Origin: an uncultured beta proteobacterium | GTDB taxonomy: Bacteria; Pseudomonadota; Gammaproteobacteria; Burkholderiales; SG8-41 | DNA length: 64,000 bases | Reading direction: 5' to 3' | Assembly: GCA_903893565.1 (NCBI GenBank) | Contig: CAITMU010000105.1 | Coordinates: 41,178 to 105,177 of the forward strand | In this document: positions 1-11,999 of the stretch, piece by piece | How positions within the stretch are numbered: position 1 is the stretch's first letter | Layout of the letters: each line of letters begins with the position of its first letter | The notes under the pieces: generated by a model | What the model saw: the letters and a program-made list of their open reading frames with translations, nothing else | What the model was told of the DNA's origin: nothing | The model's database searches: none | Made by a program: the position numbers and the translations under genes

Positions 1-1558
1 TGGCGTGAATTTTTTGCTCCACGTCCCCTTGATCCAACACAAACCGCAGCATCTCTTTGACTTCCTCCACTCGCCCCATCTCCCGATAGGCTCGGGCTAA
101 ATCTAGTTTTTCCTGACACGTTTGCCACTGTGCATTATAGGGCTGAGGGGGTGGCCTTGAAGCCCCTAGACTCAAATCGATGGTGGCCAGTGTGTCAGTA
201 TTGGCTAGCGAGGGCTCTTCAAAGGCCTCACGAGTTCGCGCTTTGGCTCGAACAAACCCTAGCCCTAACCAAACCAATAAACTGCCTAATAAGCTACCCA
301 ACAATGCGGCACACATCCAGCCCACCCAAACCGGCAACTGCAGGAGTTGGGACATCAAACTGCCATCTGAGGTTGAAGCAACAGAAGGTTTTAAGCCAGC
401 GGGGATCAACGCGGCCCCCGGGGCAGATAAAGCACCCGGGGCCAAGTGCTGTTCATGCAACGCCACCTCTAGCTCAGAGATGCGCCGCTTGGCTTCATTC
501 AAAGCCTTTTCTTGAGCCAACAAATCCTCCTCCATCGCATGCAAACGATCTTCGTTGCTACCGGGCGTTTGCACTCCCTGAGGGCTTACAGTGGCTTGAC
601 GAGACTTAACTGGCCCGCTATTTTCCACTTTTGACAGCAAGACCAAGTCCTTACCCCCCTGCGCTTTTTCCGGCACTGACACCGCACTGGATTTAGCACC
701 ACTGTCCACCCCTTTGACGTTAACTTCAGGGGTTTCTTGAGCCGCTTTTTGACGATACAAATTCCATAACGTTACCTGGGCTTGCGTTAATTTCGTCGCT
801 TCATTGGAATCAATCTGGCTCAACTCATCGGGTTTTGGGACATTCAGCGTCTTACCCACCATCAAAAGATTCATATTATTTTCAATAAAAGCATCCCCGT
901 TGGCACGCAACAAACCAATCATCATCTGATCCAATGAAATACCGGTGGGTTTAAGACTCGCTGCAATAGAATTTAACGTGTCTCCTGGCTTAACGTTATA
1001 AGCGCCCTTTGCACTGCCCTGAAGTCCCTGAGTCGATGATATCGACTGCGAACTTTTAGGACTGGCTAGGGGAGGACTTATCCGACGATCGATGGGCTGA
1101 GCGTTAATTTTTGCTGACCCCATACCCATTGTGGTAGCAGCCGATGGGGTCGAATCCAAAGGATCAAGCAAAACACTATAGTCCCTGACAAACCCACCCC
1201 CATCCCAAGAAAGTTCTACTAACAAGATTAAAAAAGGCTCCTCCACCATGCGGTTAGAACTCACCTGAATCCACCCCCGGCCATCGGCACGCTTTTCAAT
1301 ACTAAACACAATATCCCGCAAAAGAGGGTTATAGGCCAAACCCGCTTGTTGATAATGTTCAGCATTGCCTAGAGAGACTTTTAAACTAAGCCATTCTCGT
1401 GCATCGACCGTCCCTAAATCGATCTCCGCCGCCAAAGGTTGTCCGAGATGCGATAAGAGGCTAATAGAACCCAAGCTTGCCGCATAAACCGGTTGATACA
1501 GACACAAAGCTGCACTCAGGACCCAACCCTGCCAGGTTAAAAATTTATGAGAATCCAA
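1..1558 (-). CDS. fimV: FimV/HubP-family polar landmark protein (LysM, one TM, C-terminal FimV domain); runs off the window start
   Basis: Not in the ORF track; translated by hand. TTG start at 1558 after GAGGGAGG. N-terminus ...AASLGSISLLSHLGQPLAAEIDL, LysM-like YNVKPGDTLNSIA...DQMMIGLLRANGDAFIENNMN, TM VWVGWMCAALLGSLLGSLLVWLGLGFV, C-terminal EKLDLARAYREMGRVEEVKEML. Conserved position downstream of asd. Confidence 0.9.
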   Translation of the reverse strand, partial: MDSHKFLTWQGWVLSAALCLYQPVYAASLGSISLLSHLGQPLAAEIDLGTVDAREWLSLKVSLGNAEHYQQAGLAYNPLLRDIVFSIEKRADGRGWIQVSSNRMVEEPFLILLVELSWDGGGFVRDYSVLLDPLDSTPSAATTMGMGSAKINAQPIDRRISPPLASPKSSQSISSTQGLQGSAKGAYNVKPGDTLNSIAASLKPTGISLDQMMIGLLRANGDAFIENNMNLLMVGKTLNVPKPDELSQIDSNEATKLTQAQVTLWNLYRQKAAQETPEVNVKGVDSGAKSSAVSVPEKAQGGKDLVLLSKVENSGPVKSRQATVSPQGVQTPGSNEDRLHAMEEDLLAQEKALNEAKRRISELEVALHEQHLAPGALSAPGAALIPAGLKPSVASTSDGSLMSQLLQLPVWVGWMCAALLGSLLGSLLVWLGLGFVRAKARTREAFEEPSLANTDTLATIDLSLGASRPPPQPYNAQWQTCQEKLDLARAYREMGRVEEVKEMLRFVLDQGDVEQKIHA

Positions 1559-2065
1559 TACCCTCCCTCATAAAACTATCGACCCAGTCTTGGGTCCCTA
1601 GCCTTAAAAAAAATTGCCTCATGCACCGCACTCCCGATTCAATGACCATTTTGGCTTGGACAGCCTACTAGAACAAAAGTTTCTCATGCTAGCCTACCCC
1701 ATTGAAGGTAACACGGGAACCCTGAATCACAAAAAAACTAAATAGCAGGCCCATACTGATGGAGTCTTCAAAACTCAATCGAACGATTATGGGTCTTTTT
1801 TGCTACAGAATTTGGCTCAGGGCCTCAGTGATTTGTGAACGATGGAGAAGGGATACATTTTTATGGACCATGGATCGATCAAAGACCGTTTATCGATCGG
1901 CATCGAAGGGCATTTTCCAGGTGAAGCCAAGTGAAGCCTGGTGAATAATATACCCCCACCTTCAAAAGGAATACCCAAGCACTGAGGACTGCAGGGTTTA
2001 GCAACTGGCTCCACCCTCAAGCTATCCCCTACCTAGGGGATCAGGTGCAGGCCATGGGCCTTGAT

Positions 2066-3190
2066 CTATACCATCAACAATCGCAACATCCGGCGCAATG
2101 GCTCAGCTGCGCCCCATAACAATTGATCCCCCACGGTAAAGGCCGACAAATATTCCCCTCCCATGGCAAGCTTTCTCATCCGACCCACTGCAATCGCCAG
2201 CCCTCCTGTGACCGCCACAGGGGAGAGCTCATGCTCAGTGACTTCGCGCTGGTTAGGTACTACCTTTACCCAAGGGTTAGCGGAGGCGACCAATTCGGCA
2301 ATCTCCTCCAGGGGCAAATCGCGTTTAAGCTTTATCGTCAACGCCTGACTATGGCAACGCATCGCTCCGACTCGCACGCAAAGACTATCAATAGGCGTCG
2401 CAGGCGTACCAAAGCTCGGGCCTCGTCCCAAAATCTTATTGGATTCAGCCCCACCCTTCCATTCCTCGAGGGACATGCCGTTATTCATATCCTGATCAAT
2501 CCAAGGGATCAAATTCCCAGCCAAAGCAACACCACGGAAATTATCGCGGGGCAAATGGCCCTCTTTTTGCATTAACAAGACCTTGCGATCAATGTCTAAA
2601 ATCGAAGAGGCAGGATCGGCCAATAAATCAGCCACCGACTCATGAACCAGACCAAATTGCGTCAATAATTCACGCATATGTTGCGCGCCTCCACCGGAGG
2701 CGGCTTGATAGGTCATGCAACTCATCCATTCCACAAGGTCTTCTCGAAAAAGACCGTGCAAACCCATCAACATACAACTCACCGTACAATTGCCACCAAT
2801 ATAATTTTTAATACCCTTTGATAAAGCCTTTTGGATCACGGGTAGATTGACCGGATCGAGCACAATCACTGCATCGTCTTTCATGCGTAGCGTTTTTGCC
2901 GCATCAATCCAATAACCCTGCCAGCCCGTGGCTCGCAATTGGGGATAGATATCGGTCGTGTAATCGCTGCCTTGACAGGTGATGATGATATCCATTTGCG
3001 ACAAGGCCTGGAGCTGATGAGCATCCCTGATCTCGGGATCAGCCTGCCCGACCACAGGGGCACGACCACCGGCCTGCGAGGTTGAAAAAAAAGTGGTGTG
3101 AATACCCTCAAAATCCTTTTCTTCGCGCATCCTTTGCACGAGCACCGAACCGACCATTCCGCGCCAACCCACCAATCCTACTTTTTTCAT
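2066..3190 (-). CDS. asd: aspartate-semialdehyde dehydrogenase
   Basis: [36 protein letters not shown] motifs. Confidence 0.98.
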   Translation of the reverse strand: MKKVGLVGWRGMVGSVLVQRMREEKDFEGIHTTFFSTSQAGGRAPVVGQADPEIRDAHQLQALSQMDIIITCQGSDYTTDIYPQLRATGWQGYWIDAAKTLRMKDDAVIVLDPVNLPVIQKALSKGIKNYIGGNCTVSCMLMGLHGLFREDLVEWMSCMTYQAASGGGAQHMRELLTQFGLVHESVADLLADPASSILDIDRKVLLMQKEGHLPRDNFRGVALAGNLIPWIDQDMNNGMSLEEWKGGAESNKILGRGPSFGTPATPIDSLCVRVGAMRCHSQALTIKLKRDLPLEEIAELVASANPWVKVVPNQREVTEHELSPVAVTGGLAIAVGRMRKLAMGGEYLSAFTVGDQLLWGAAEPLRRMLRLLMV

Positions 3191-3227
3191 TTTCACTTAA
3201 CTCAATCCAAACGTTACACAAATACGA

Positions 3228-4292
3228 TTACAAAGCGGCCACAACCGCATCGCCCATAGCTTGGGTGCCGAGCTTTGTCATCCCGGGCTCAAAAATATCA
3301 GCGGTTCGCAAACCCCGTCCCAACACAGCCTTCACTGCTTTTTCGATACGCTGCGCCCACTCATCTTGATTAAATGTGTAACGCAACATCATCGCAACCG
3401 ACAAAATAGTCGCCAAGGGATTGGCCACGTCCTTACCGGCAATATCAGGGGCCGAACCATGGATCGGCTCATATAAGCCTTTTCGCTTAGCATCCAAAGA
3501 AGCCGAGGGCAACATCCCGATAGAGCCTGTTAACATCGAGGCCTCATCAGATAAAATGTCCCCGAAGATATTACCGGTCACGATCACATCAAATTGCTTA
3601 GGTCGACGCACCAATTGCATAGCGGCATTGTCGACATACATGTGAGATAACTCAACCTCAGGGTACTGTTTGGCCACATCGATCACGATTTCACGCCAAA
3701 AACGACTCGTCTCGAGCACATTTTCTTTATCCACCGAGCACAAACGCTTCGCTCTTTTCATCGCCGTCTGGAAACCAATCTCAGCAATACGGCGGATTTC
3801 CGTTTGCGAATAGCGCATCGTATCAAAGCCCTCGGTGTCACCTTGTGCGTTGGTAGTACGTCCACGCGGCTCTCCAAAGTAAATGTCTCCGGTCAATTCA
3901 CGGATAATCATCACATCAAGCCCTGAAACCACTTCGGGCTTCAAAGATGAGGCTCCGACCAACTCCGGATACATGATTGCCGGACGCAAATTAGCAAAAA
4001 GATTAAGCGCCTTCCGAATTCGTAGTATCCCTTGCTCAGGTCGTTGCGCCCGCGGCAATGCATCATACTTAGGTCCACCAACCGCCCCACACAACACGGC
4101 GTCAGCCGCTTGCGCTAATTGCAAAGTGCTCTCTGGCAAAGGGTCTCCAAACGCATCAAAGCCCGCCCCACCAAAGGCGGCCACTTCAGTCTCCATTTTG
4201 AGCCCATCGCGTCTTAACGTGTCTAGCACTTTAGTGGCCTGCGCCACGATCTCAGGACCGATGCCGTCTCCGGCTAATACTGCTATTTTCAT
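3228..4292 (-). CDS. leuB: 3-isopropylmalate dehydrogenase
   Basis: [32 protein letters not shown]. Confidence 0.98.
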   Translation of the reverse strand: MKIAVLAGDGIGPEIVAQATKVLDTLRRDGLKMETEVAAFGGAGFDAFGDPLPESTLQLAQAADAVLCGAVGGPKYDALPRAQRPEQGILRIRKALNLFANLRPAIMYPELVGASSLKPEVVSGLDVMIIRELTGDIYFGEPRGRTTNAQGDTEGFDTMRYSQTEIRRIAEIGFQTAMKRAKRLCSVDKENVLETSRFWREIVIDVAKQYPEVELSHMYVDNAAMQLVRRPKQFDVIVTGNIFGDILSDEASMLTGSIGMLPSASLDAKRKGLYEPIHGSAPDIAGKDVANPLATILSVAMMLRYTFNQDEWAQRIEKAVKAVLGRGLRTADIFEPGMTKLGTQAMGDAVVAAL

Positions 4293-4330
4293 GACTGTCC
4301 TTGCCTAGCGGTTTTAATCAGAAAAAAAAA

Positions 4331-4969
4331 TTAACTAAATAACCAAGGTTGTGCGACTTTATGCTTCGCCTCAAAAGCGCGGATCTTATCAGCATGGTTC
4401 AAAGTCAAACCAATATCATCTAGCCCATTCATGATGCAGTGTTTACGAAAGGCATCGATTTCGAAAGAAAAACTTCGACCGCTGGGCGTACTCACCGTCT
4501 GTTGTTCCAAATCAACCGCCAATCGATAGCCCTCTTTGGCAGCCGTTTCTGTAAAGAGCTCATCAATAATTTTGCTCTCCAATTGAATCAGGAGTAAACC
4601 GTTTTTCAAACTATTATTGAAAAAGATATCAGCAAAACTAGGCGCAATCACCGCTTGAAAACCAAACTGCTGCAATGCCCAGGGCGCATGCTCACGCGAA
4701 GAGCCACAACCAAAATTCTCCCGGGTCAAGAGCACTGTTGCACCTTCAAAACGGGTTTTATTCAGTACAAAATCAGGATTCAAGGGTCTCGCACTATTAT
4801 CCCGCCCCGGTTCCCCTCGATCCAAGTATCGCCATTCATCAAATAAATTGGGGCCAAACCCGGTTCGCTGAATCGACTTTAAGAATTGTTTGGGAATGAT
4901 GGCATCAGTATCAACATTGGCTCGATCCAAGGGGGCGACCAATCCTTCTTTACGTATAAATTTTTCCAT
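4331..4969 (-). CDS. leuD: 3-isopropylmalate dehydratase small subunit
   Basis: [24 protein letters not shown]. Confidence 0.98.
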   Translation of the reverse strand: MEKFIRKEGLVAPLDRANVDTDAIIPKQFLKSIQRTGFGPNLFDEWRYLDRGEPGRDNSARPLNPDFVLNKTRFEGATVLLTRENFGCGSSREHAPWALQQFGFQAVIAPSFADIFFNNSLKNGLLLIQLESKIIDELFTETAAKEGYRLAVDLEQQTVSTPSGRSFSFEIDAFRKHCIMNGLDDIGLTLNHADKIRAFEAKHKVAQPWLFS

Positions 4970-5109
4970 AGAACCTCTACACTATAAAATTTTAGGCAAA
5001 ACGAGCGGTGGCTTTCTTAACGCTACGTTATGTTAAAAGCACGTCAATAAAATCCAGTGCATTCATCAAAACCGTATGAGTCCCAGTGCGGTAAACTTCA
5101 CCCAACCCC

Positions 5110-6525
5110 TTAGGCCATCGTTCTCACATCGACAAAATGCCCGGCAATCGCAGCCGCAGCCGCCATCGCGGGACTGACCAAGTGCGTTCTGCCACCCGGA
5201 CCTTGGCGACCTTCAAAATTGCGATTCGACGTCGAAGCACAACGCTCACCGGCGGATAGTTGATCTTCATTCATACCCAAACACATCGAGCAACCCGGCT
5301 CCCGCCATTCAAATCCAGCGGCTAATAAAATTTTATCCAATCCTTCCGCCTCCGCTTGGGCTTTGACCAAGCCGGAGCCTGGAACCACCATCGCGAGCTT
5401 CACATTGGAGGCCACTTTCTTGCCTTGTGCGACCGTGGCAGCAGCGCGAATATCTTCAATCCGAGAATTCGTACAAGCGCCAATAAACACTTTGTCAATC
5501 GCGATATCCACAATCGGAGTATTGGGTTTCAAATCCATGTATTTCAATGCCCTTTGCATCCATTCGCGCTGCACAGGATCTTTTTCGAGCAACGGGTCCG
5601 GCACCTTTCCACCCACCGTGGTGACCATCTGCGGATTAGTGCCCCAGGTCACCTGCGGTTGAATTTGGGTCGCATCCAAACTAACAACCTTATCGAAATG
5701 AGCCCCTTCATCGGTTTGTAGTGTCGACCAATATTTTACCGCTTGATCCCACTGCACACCGGTAGGAGAAAACATCCGACCCTGTAGGTAGGCGATCGTT
5801 TTCTCATCAACAGCCACCATACCCGTGCGTGCACCAGCTTCAATCGCTAAATTGCAAAGCGTCATGCGACCTTCCATGCTCAGGTCGCGGATCGCCTCTC
5901 CAGTAAATTCAATCGCATGCCCTGTCCCGCCGGCCGTACCAATCGTGCCAATAATGGCCAAAGCGACGTCTTTGGCGGTGACGCCTAAGCCGAGTTTTCC
6001 CTTGACCTCAATATTCATATTTTTATACTTCTGCATCACCATGCACTGGGTGGCCAATACATGCTCGACTTCGCTCGTGCCAATACCAAAAGCCAATGCA
6101 CCAAAAGCACCATGCGTACTGGTATGCGAGTCCCCACACACCACCGTCATCCCCGGTAGAGTCGCCCCATTTTCAGGGCCAATCACATGTACGATACCCT
6201 GACGTTTATCGAGAAACGGAAAGTAAATTTTAGCGCCAAATTCTTTAATGTTTTTATCTAAGGTTTCGATCTGCAGACGCGAGACTTGGTCTTCGATTCC
6301 CTCAAGGCCTTTGTCCCAGTTACGTGTCGGGGTGTTATGGTCGGCCGTAGCGACCACCGAATCCACGCGCCATTGTTTACGATTGGCTAATTTAAGCCCT
6401 TCGTAGGCTTGGGGACTCGTCACCTCGTGCACCAAATGGCGGTCAATATAAAGTAGCGCCGTGCCATCGGCTTCGACGTGAACGACGTGGGTGTCCCACA
6501 GCTTATCGTATAAAGTCTTTTTCAT
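5110..6525 (-). CDS. leuC: 3-isopropylmalate dehydratase large subunit
   Basis: [50 protein letters not shown]. Confidence 0.98.
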   Translation of the reverse strand: MKKTLYDKLWDTHVVHVEADGTALLYIDRHLVHEVTSPQAYEGLKLANRKQWRVDSVVATADHNTPTRNWDKGLEGIEDQVSRLQIETLDKNIKEFGAKIYFPFLDKRQGIVHVIGPENGATLPGMTVVCGDSHTSTHGAFGALAFGIGTSEVEHVLATQCMVMQKYKNMNIEVKGKLGLGVTAKDVALAIIGTIGTAGGTGHAIEFTGEAIRDLSMEGRMTLCNLAIEAGARTGMVAVDEKTIAYLQGRMFSPTGVQWDQAVKYWSTLQTDEGAHFDKVVSLDATQIQPQVTWGTNPQMVTTVGGKVPDPLLEKDPVQREWMQRALKYMDLKPNTPIVDIAIDKVFIGACTNSRIEDIRAAATVAQGKKVASNVKLAMVVPGSGLVKAQAEAEGLDKILLAAGFEWREPGCSMCLGMNEDQLSAGERCASTSNRNFEGRQGPGGRTHLVSPAMAAAAAIAGHFVDVRTMA

Positions 6526-6643
6526 ATGAGATTCGCGTTGACGATTCCTGATCTAACTTGCTGTAAATATAGGATTATCTCACAGGATCAGGCCATTTAA
6601 CCAGAGCGCCACTGACCGGGATAAATGGGTTTTAAAAATAGGC

Positions 6644-7804
6644 TTAGCTCGCTGATGGGTCTGATTGCACCCATCGCAGCTTCCACCACAGTAGAATTAA
6701 ACCCAAAAATGCCACTGCCGAAGAGAGGGTAAAGGTCCAGGCTGGCCCCAGAGTCGTCCATGCATAACCACTCACAAACCCACCAACCGCCCCGCCAAGC
6801 CCCGTGGCTAGGCTCCCGTACAATGCCTGTCCACGGGCTTGGTGTCGCCCCTTAAAAAGCTTATGAATTAATCCAATAGAGGCGGCATGAAAAGAGCCAA
6901 AGGTCGCTGCATGAAGACTTTGGGCGAGCAACACACAGACAAAACTCTCCACCCCCCAGCCAATCATTAAAAATCGTACGACCGCCAGGGCAAAACTGAC
7001 TAATAAAATAAGACGTAGACTGGCAGCACGATACAAAAGTGGCATCCACAAGAATATCCCAATCTCACACACCACACCCAAAGCCCATAAGGCGCCGGCC
7101 ATGGACTTAGAATAGCCATGATCCACCAAATAAATGGTGTAAAACGTGTAATAGGGTCCATGAGCAAAGGCCATTAAAGCGGCAGCGAGAATTAAAACGA
7201 TAACCTCGGGGCGCATTAAAATCTGCCAAATGGGTAAATCATCCGACCCATGGGGCTTAACCTTTGCCTCGGGAATAGTCCAACAAAAAACCAACACCAT
7301 CAACATCAACACCCAAACCAGTGTGAGTAGCGTCTTAGCAGGCCAAGTATCCAAGAGATAGCCAATACCCGTCACACTCGCAATGAAACCGACCGAACCC
7401 CACCAACGGATTCGCCCGTAGCGGGCCGTATTCTCCCCCAAATGCGTTAAGGTCGTGGCCTCCACCAAGGGAAGCGCTGCACTCCAAAAAAACATCACCC
7501 CAAGCAGACTCATAAAAATGGTCATAAATTGGTGACTAAAAAAAAGCCCTAGCCAACTCACCGTGCCGGCCAAGCTCGCCAGTCTGACCACTCGCAATCC
7601 TCCTACCCCACGGTCAGCCCACCATCCCCATAAATGGGCCGCTCCAATGCGTGTCAACTGAGGCACCGACATCAACACCCCAATCTGCCAGGCACTCATT
7701 TGTTCGCTATGCAGGTATAAGGCGAAAAAAGGCGCAAATGCACCCAGGTAAGCAAAGTAGAAAAAATAAAAACCGGCTAAACGCCGGTAAGGAAACGCGG
7801 TCAT
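6644..7804 (-). CDS. MFS transporter (HcaT/MFS_1-like family)
   Basis: About 12 hydrophobic segments; YGRIRWWGSVGF and QSLHAATFGSFH motifs. Confidence 0.85.
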   Translation of the reverse strand: MTAFPYRRLAGFYFFYFAYLGAFAPFFALYLHSEQMSAWQIGVLMSVPQLTRIGAAHLWGWWADRGVGGLRVVRLASLAGTVSWLGLFFSHQFMTIFMSLLGVMFFWSAALPLVEATTLTHLGENTARYGRIRWWGSVGFIASVTGIGYLLDTWPAKTLLTLVWVLMLMVLVFCWTIPEAKVKPHGSDDLPIWQILMRPEVIVLILAAALMAFAHGPYYTFYTIYLVDHGYSKSMAGALWALGVVCEIGIFLWMPLLYRAASLRLILLVSFALAVVRFLMIGWGVESFVCVLLAQSLHAATFGSFHAASIGLIHKLFKGRHQARGQALYGSLATGLGGAVGGFVSGYAWTTLGPAWTFTLSSAVAFLGLILLWWKLRWVQSDPSAS

Positions 7805-7816
7805 GATACGTCTCTT

Positions 7817-8980
7817 TTAGGACGATTCAGGCGGTTCATGGGAACGAGCTTGAAGGCTCTGGTAGTGATCGATCGCTGCCTTCGGGGCCATCGCAGCAAT
7901 ATGGGGAGTCAGGGTGTGCACTTGGGCATTTTGTGCTCGGTGACGCAAAGCGTGATCCATCAACGTGAGAGCCATCATCGCCTCACAAATCGGTGTCGCA
8001 CGAATGCCCACACACGGATCATGGCGGCCATGGGTTTCGATGCTCGCCGCTTGCCCTAACTGATCAATGGTTTGGCGTATGAGGCGAATACTGGAGGTGG
8101 GCTTCACGGCGATATTGACCACAACATCCTGTCCGCTCGATATCCCGCCAACAATACCCCCAGCATGATTGCTAAGAAAACCTTCAGGACTCATCTGATC
8201 AGAGTGCTCAGTGCCCTTTTGAGCCACACTGGCAAAACCAGCGCCGATCTCGACCCCCTTCACCGCATTGATGTTCATCATGTTATAGGCCAAGTCCGCA
8301 TCGAGCTTGTCATACACGGGCTCCCCCCAACCGACGGGCACCCCACTGCCCACCACAGTAATTTGTGCCCCAACCGAATCACCCGACTTACGCAACCGGT
8401 CCATAAAAGCCTCTAACTGCGGCACCATGGCAGGATCTGCAGAGAAAAAAGGATTCTCATAAACCCCATCCCACGATACAAAAGGAATTTTTAACGGGCC
8501 CAACTGCGACATGTAGCCTCGGATAGTGACTCGCTGGTTTTCGAATAACCATTTCCGAGCAATGGCCCCAGCGGCCACGCGCACCGCGGTTTCGCGCGCT
8601 GACTGACGCCCTCCCCCCCGGTAATCACGAATGCCATATTTTTGCCAATAGGTGTAGTCCGCATGCCCAGGACGAAACTTATCGGCAATTTTCGAATAAT
8701 CTTTACTGCGTTGGTCCACGTTACGAATCAATAGCCCAATGGGAGTGCCCGTGGTTTTGCCCTCAAACACACCCGACAAAATCTCTACTTTGTCCTCCTC
8801 ACGACGTTGCGTGACGTGGCGTGAAGTGCCCGGTTTACGGCGATCCAAATCGATCTGCAAATCAGCCTCGGTTAACGCCAAACCCGGGGGGCAGCCATCA
8901 ACCACACAACCAATGGCTGGGCCATGACTTTCACCAAAAGAGGTGACGCAAAAAAGCTTACCTAATGTGTTGCCAGACAT
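7817..8980 (-). CDS. aroC: chorismate synthase
   Basis: FGESHG, RPGHAD, SARET, GRHDPCV. Confidence 0.98.
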   Translation of the reverse strand: MSGNTLGKLFCVTSFGESHGPAIGCVVDGCPPGLALTEADLQIDLDRRKPGTSRHVTQRREEDKVEILSGVFEGKTTGTPIGLLIRNVDQRSKDYSKIADKFRPGHADYTYWQKYGIRDYRGGGRQSARETAVRVAAGAIARKWLFENQRVTIRGYMSQLGPLKIPFVSWDGVYENPFFSADPAMVPQLEAFMDRLRKSGDSVGAQITVVGSGVPVGWGEPVYDKLDADLAYNMMNINAVKGVEIGAGFASVAQKGTEHSDQMSPEGFLSNHAGGIVGGISSGQDVVVNIAVKPTSSIRLIRQTIDQLGQAASIETHGRHDPCVGIRATPICEAMMALTLMDHALRHRAQNAQVHTLTPHIAAMAPKAAIDHYQSLQARSHEPPESS

Positions 8981-9106
8981 GTTGAAAGCATCCGGAAATA
9001 ATAATAGGCTAGTTTAGCACAGCCCCCCCTTCGAGCACCTCCTCGCGCGAACCCATTGCCCATCGATTGGCTGTTAGCGCCAACGGATGCGGCGTGACAA
9101 TCTTCT

Positions 9107-10447
9107 TTAGTTTTTAGGGGCGGGGGATTCAACGCTAACGTTTAATAAGCGCACCATCCCACTGAAAAATAAAAACAATAAAACCCCCACATTCAAAAAG
9201 GCGATAAAACCAAACAGCTGCGCGATACTAAAACCGGCTTTTAACCATATCACCGCCATATCGGCCGCCACCACCATCAAAAAAGCATTCATGATGTTAT
9301 TACCCGCCACGACGCGAGAACGGTGTTGCTCGGCACTTCGGGATTGCAAAAAAGTATAAAAAGGCACGATATACACGCCCCCCGATAAGCCGATCATCAA
9401 AAGATCCCCACCAATCCTAAGGCTAGAGGGTTGACGCACAAAAGCCTCGAGTGAAAGAGCAACTGCGGGTAACACCGTAGGCGTTGCAAAATACAAATCG
9501 AGGGTAAACACACTCAAACCCACACTGCCCCAAACAATCCAATGGTATCCATGCCAAACTCGGTTTAACCGTTCGCACAACAAAGAACCAATACCAACAC
9601 CAACACTAAAGAGGACAAGCAACCCCGTTAACAAATCCTCCTTACCGCCTAAAGCTTGCTTGGAAAACATAGGCAACTGAGTCAATAAGGTCGCGCCGTA
9701 AAACCAAAACCAAGAAATACCCAATACGCACAAAAAAAGTTCCCGCTCGGCATAAAGCGCCTTCAAGTTGTGCTTAGTGGCTATCAACGGATTCCACTGC
9801 ACGATTAACTCAGGCATTGAAGCGACCGTGGAAGGGATCGCAAAACTTAACCCCCAACCCAGCAACGCCACGGCCAAGCCGCTAAAACAAACCCAGAAAA
9901 GCCCCTCCGGTTGCCACTGCATGAGGCTTGCCCCGACGATGGTTCCCAATAAAATGGCTAAAAAAGTACCCGCATCAACCACCCCATTACCGCCCATTAA
10001 CTCGTTTTTTTGCAAGTGCTGGGGTAGGTAGGCATATTTGACGGGGCCAAAGAGCGTCGAATGTAGCCCCATAAAAAAAAGGGCCGCTAACAAAAACTCC
10101 AAGTTATGCCAATAAAAGCCCAACGCGGCAATCCCCATCACAACGATTTCAAAAAATTTAATCCAACGAATCAATCCGCTTTTTTCATATTTATCGGCGA
10201 TCTGTCCAGCCGTGGCGGAGAAGAGAAAAAAAGGCAGTATAAAAATACCCGCGCACAGGTTAATCAAAAAATCGGCGGAGAGTTGACTCATCCGCGCCGC
10301 CTCAAGGCTTAACAGAACAATCAACGCATTTTTATACAAATTATCGTTCATGGCGCCCAAAAACTGCACCCCAAAAAAAGGTGCGAAACGCCTTTGCCGA
10401 AGCAGGGAAAATTGCCCCTGAGGCTGCCTCTTTTTTTCGCTCTCCAA
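9107..10447 (-). CDS. MFS transporter, LplT-like (lysophospholipid transporter family), no acyltransferase domain fused
   Basis: QFLGAMNDNLYKN, FGPVKYAYLP, RSRVVAGNNIMNA. Confidence 0.8.
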   Translation of the reverse strand: MESEKKRQPQGQFSLLRQRRFAPFFGVQFLGAMNDNLYKNALIVLLSLEAARMSQLSADFLINLCAGIFILPFFLFSATAGQIADKYEKSGLIRWIKFFEIVVMGIAALGFYWHNLEFLLAALFFMGLHSTLFGPVKYAYLPQHLQKNELMGGNGVVDAGTFLAILLGTIVGASLMQWQPEGLFWVCFSGLAVALLGWGLSFAIPSTVASMPELIVQWNPLIATKHNLKALYAERELFLCVLGISWFWFYGATLLTQLPMFSKQALGGKEDLLTGLLVLFSVGVGIGSLLCERLNRVWHGYHWIVWGSVGLSVFTLDLYFATPTVLPAVALSLEAFVRQPSSLRIGGDLLMIGLSGGVYIVPFYTFLQSRSAEQHRSRVVAGNNIMNAFLMVVAADMAVIWLKAGFSIAQLFGFIAFLNVGVLLFLFFSGMVRLLNVSVESPAPKN

Positions 10448-10448
10448 C

Positions 10449-11900
10449 TTAGAGCCGACTTAATAAATGAAAAGCCCAACTCACCCCAAAGCCCGTCACA
10501 TCGCTATTAACGGCCCCCAGTCCGCCTTTGCAACTGTGAGCCGATAAGTCCATATGAATCCAATCGCGTTGATCCGTAAATCGCTTTAGTAACAAAGCCG
10601 CTAAAATATGATCCGCCTCCCCATCCAACGTACACTGCTTGACATCTGCGACCGTGCTATCGAGGGCACTATCGTAATCCTCATCCAAAGGAAAACAAGA
10701 AACGCGCTCCCCCGAGGCAGAGCCCGCCTCTAAGGCTTTTTCAATAAGTTCGGGTTGGGTGGCAAAAAACCCACTATACCGAGATCCTAATGCCACATGC
10801 ATACTGCCAGTCAGCGTTGCAAAATCAATCATAAGATCGGGTTTTTTTCTAGCCGCAAGACTTAAGGTATCGGCCAATACCATCCGCCCTTCAGCATCCG
10901 TGTGCACAATCTCAATGGTCGTCCCGTTGAAGGCACGCACCACATCATTTTGCTTATACGCTTTGGGACTTAAGTGGTTTTGTGCCAACGCCAACCAACA
11001 ATCAATATTGATATTTAATTGGGCTTCACTCACCGCGCGTAAAATCCCTAAGGCCACCGCCGAACCATTCATATCCTCATGCATACCCTGCATATAGCGG
11101 GCGGGTTTTAAATTGTGCCCCCCCGTATCAAAACAAATGCCTTTGCCCACCAAAGCCACGGTTTTTTTTGCGCCAGGCGAGCGCCACTGCAAATGAACAA
11201 TCGCCGCATCCTGTGGCTCACTGCCTTGAGCGACCGCGCAAAAGGCCCCCGCCCCCATCTTCAGAAGACGTTGGTAGTCGTATTCTTCATACGACCAGCG
11301 CTGCGACCGGGCGAGAACCCGTAAGCGTTTACGATACTGCCCAGGGGTTAAGGTATTGGGTGGCAACACCGTTAACTCCCGACACAGTACATTGCCTTCA
11401 GCCTTGGATTTTACATGGGCAAATGACGCACTCTGACTCACCCCATAAAGCTCGATACGTTCCAGCGCTTTGGTCTTGTCCTCTGATTTTTGAGTCGGCA
11501 GGGGAGTCCCGTTCACCCATGCACAATACAAAGCGTCTGAGGCGGCCGCCTCACGCTCGTCTTTCGGATTAAAAAACGCCAAGCCCAAGCGCTGCGCAGA
11601 CTCCGCTAACAACAAAGCGAGCGCCTGACGCATGAGCTGAAAACGTTGAAACTGGGTTTTATGAGGATCGTGAACCACAAACACGCACAGTCCGCCCGAC
11701 GGGGTTTGCAAGGCAAAGGGAGTTTTCCCCAGGGTATCGAGCTTTTTTTTCTTTCTTTTCATCTGCGCTGCCAATAACGCCTGAAAAGGCACCTCCTGAC
11801 TCATCCCCGCCCCTTGACCGAGGACCACCAGAAGATAGGGATGCGATTGGGCGGTAGCCTCTGAAATCGATGCAGGGTGACAAATCATTTTTGCGAGCAT
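10449..11900 (-). CDS. M17 leucyl aminopeptidase family protein
   Basis: VGKGICFDTGG, HTDAEGRMVLAD metal-binding motifs. Confidence 0.93.
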   Translation of the reverse strand: MLAKMICHPASISEATAQSHPYLLVVLGQGAGMSQEVPFQALLAAQMKRKKKKLDTLGKTPFALQTPSGGLCVFVVHDPHKTQFQRFQLMRQALALLLAESAQRLGLAFFNPKDEREAAASDALYCAWVNGTPLPTQKSEDKTKALERIELYGVSQSASFAHVKSKAEGNVLCRELTVLPPNTLTPGQYRKRLRVLARSQRWSYEEYDYQRLLKMGAGAFCAVAQGSEPQDAAIVHLQWRSPGAKKTVALVGKGICFDTGGHNLKPARYMQGMHEDMNGSAVALGILRAVSEAQLNINIDCWLALAQNHLSPKAYKQNDVVRAFNGTTIEIVHTDAEGRMVLADTLSLAARKKPDLMIDFATLTGSMHVALGSRYSGFFATQPELIEKALEAGSASGERVSCFPLDEDYDSALDSTVADVKQCTLDGEADHILAALLLKRFTDQRDWIHMDLSAHSCKGGLGAVNSDVTGFGVSWAFHLLSRL

Positions 11901-11999
11901 AATGGCCTTTACTGAAGAGGAGTACGCATTATAGCCAAGCCATTTCGTCTCGCCTTAAAATTCGATTAAAATCAACCCTTCCTTGAAGGGATTAAAACT

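Noticed and set aside
130-609. + strand ORFs of 159 and 111 aa
   Set aside because: Antisense shadows of fimV.
4970-5109. Possible entericidin-like lipoprotein gene between leuC and leuD
   Set aside because: Only a 12-codon ORF was found, with no lipobox.
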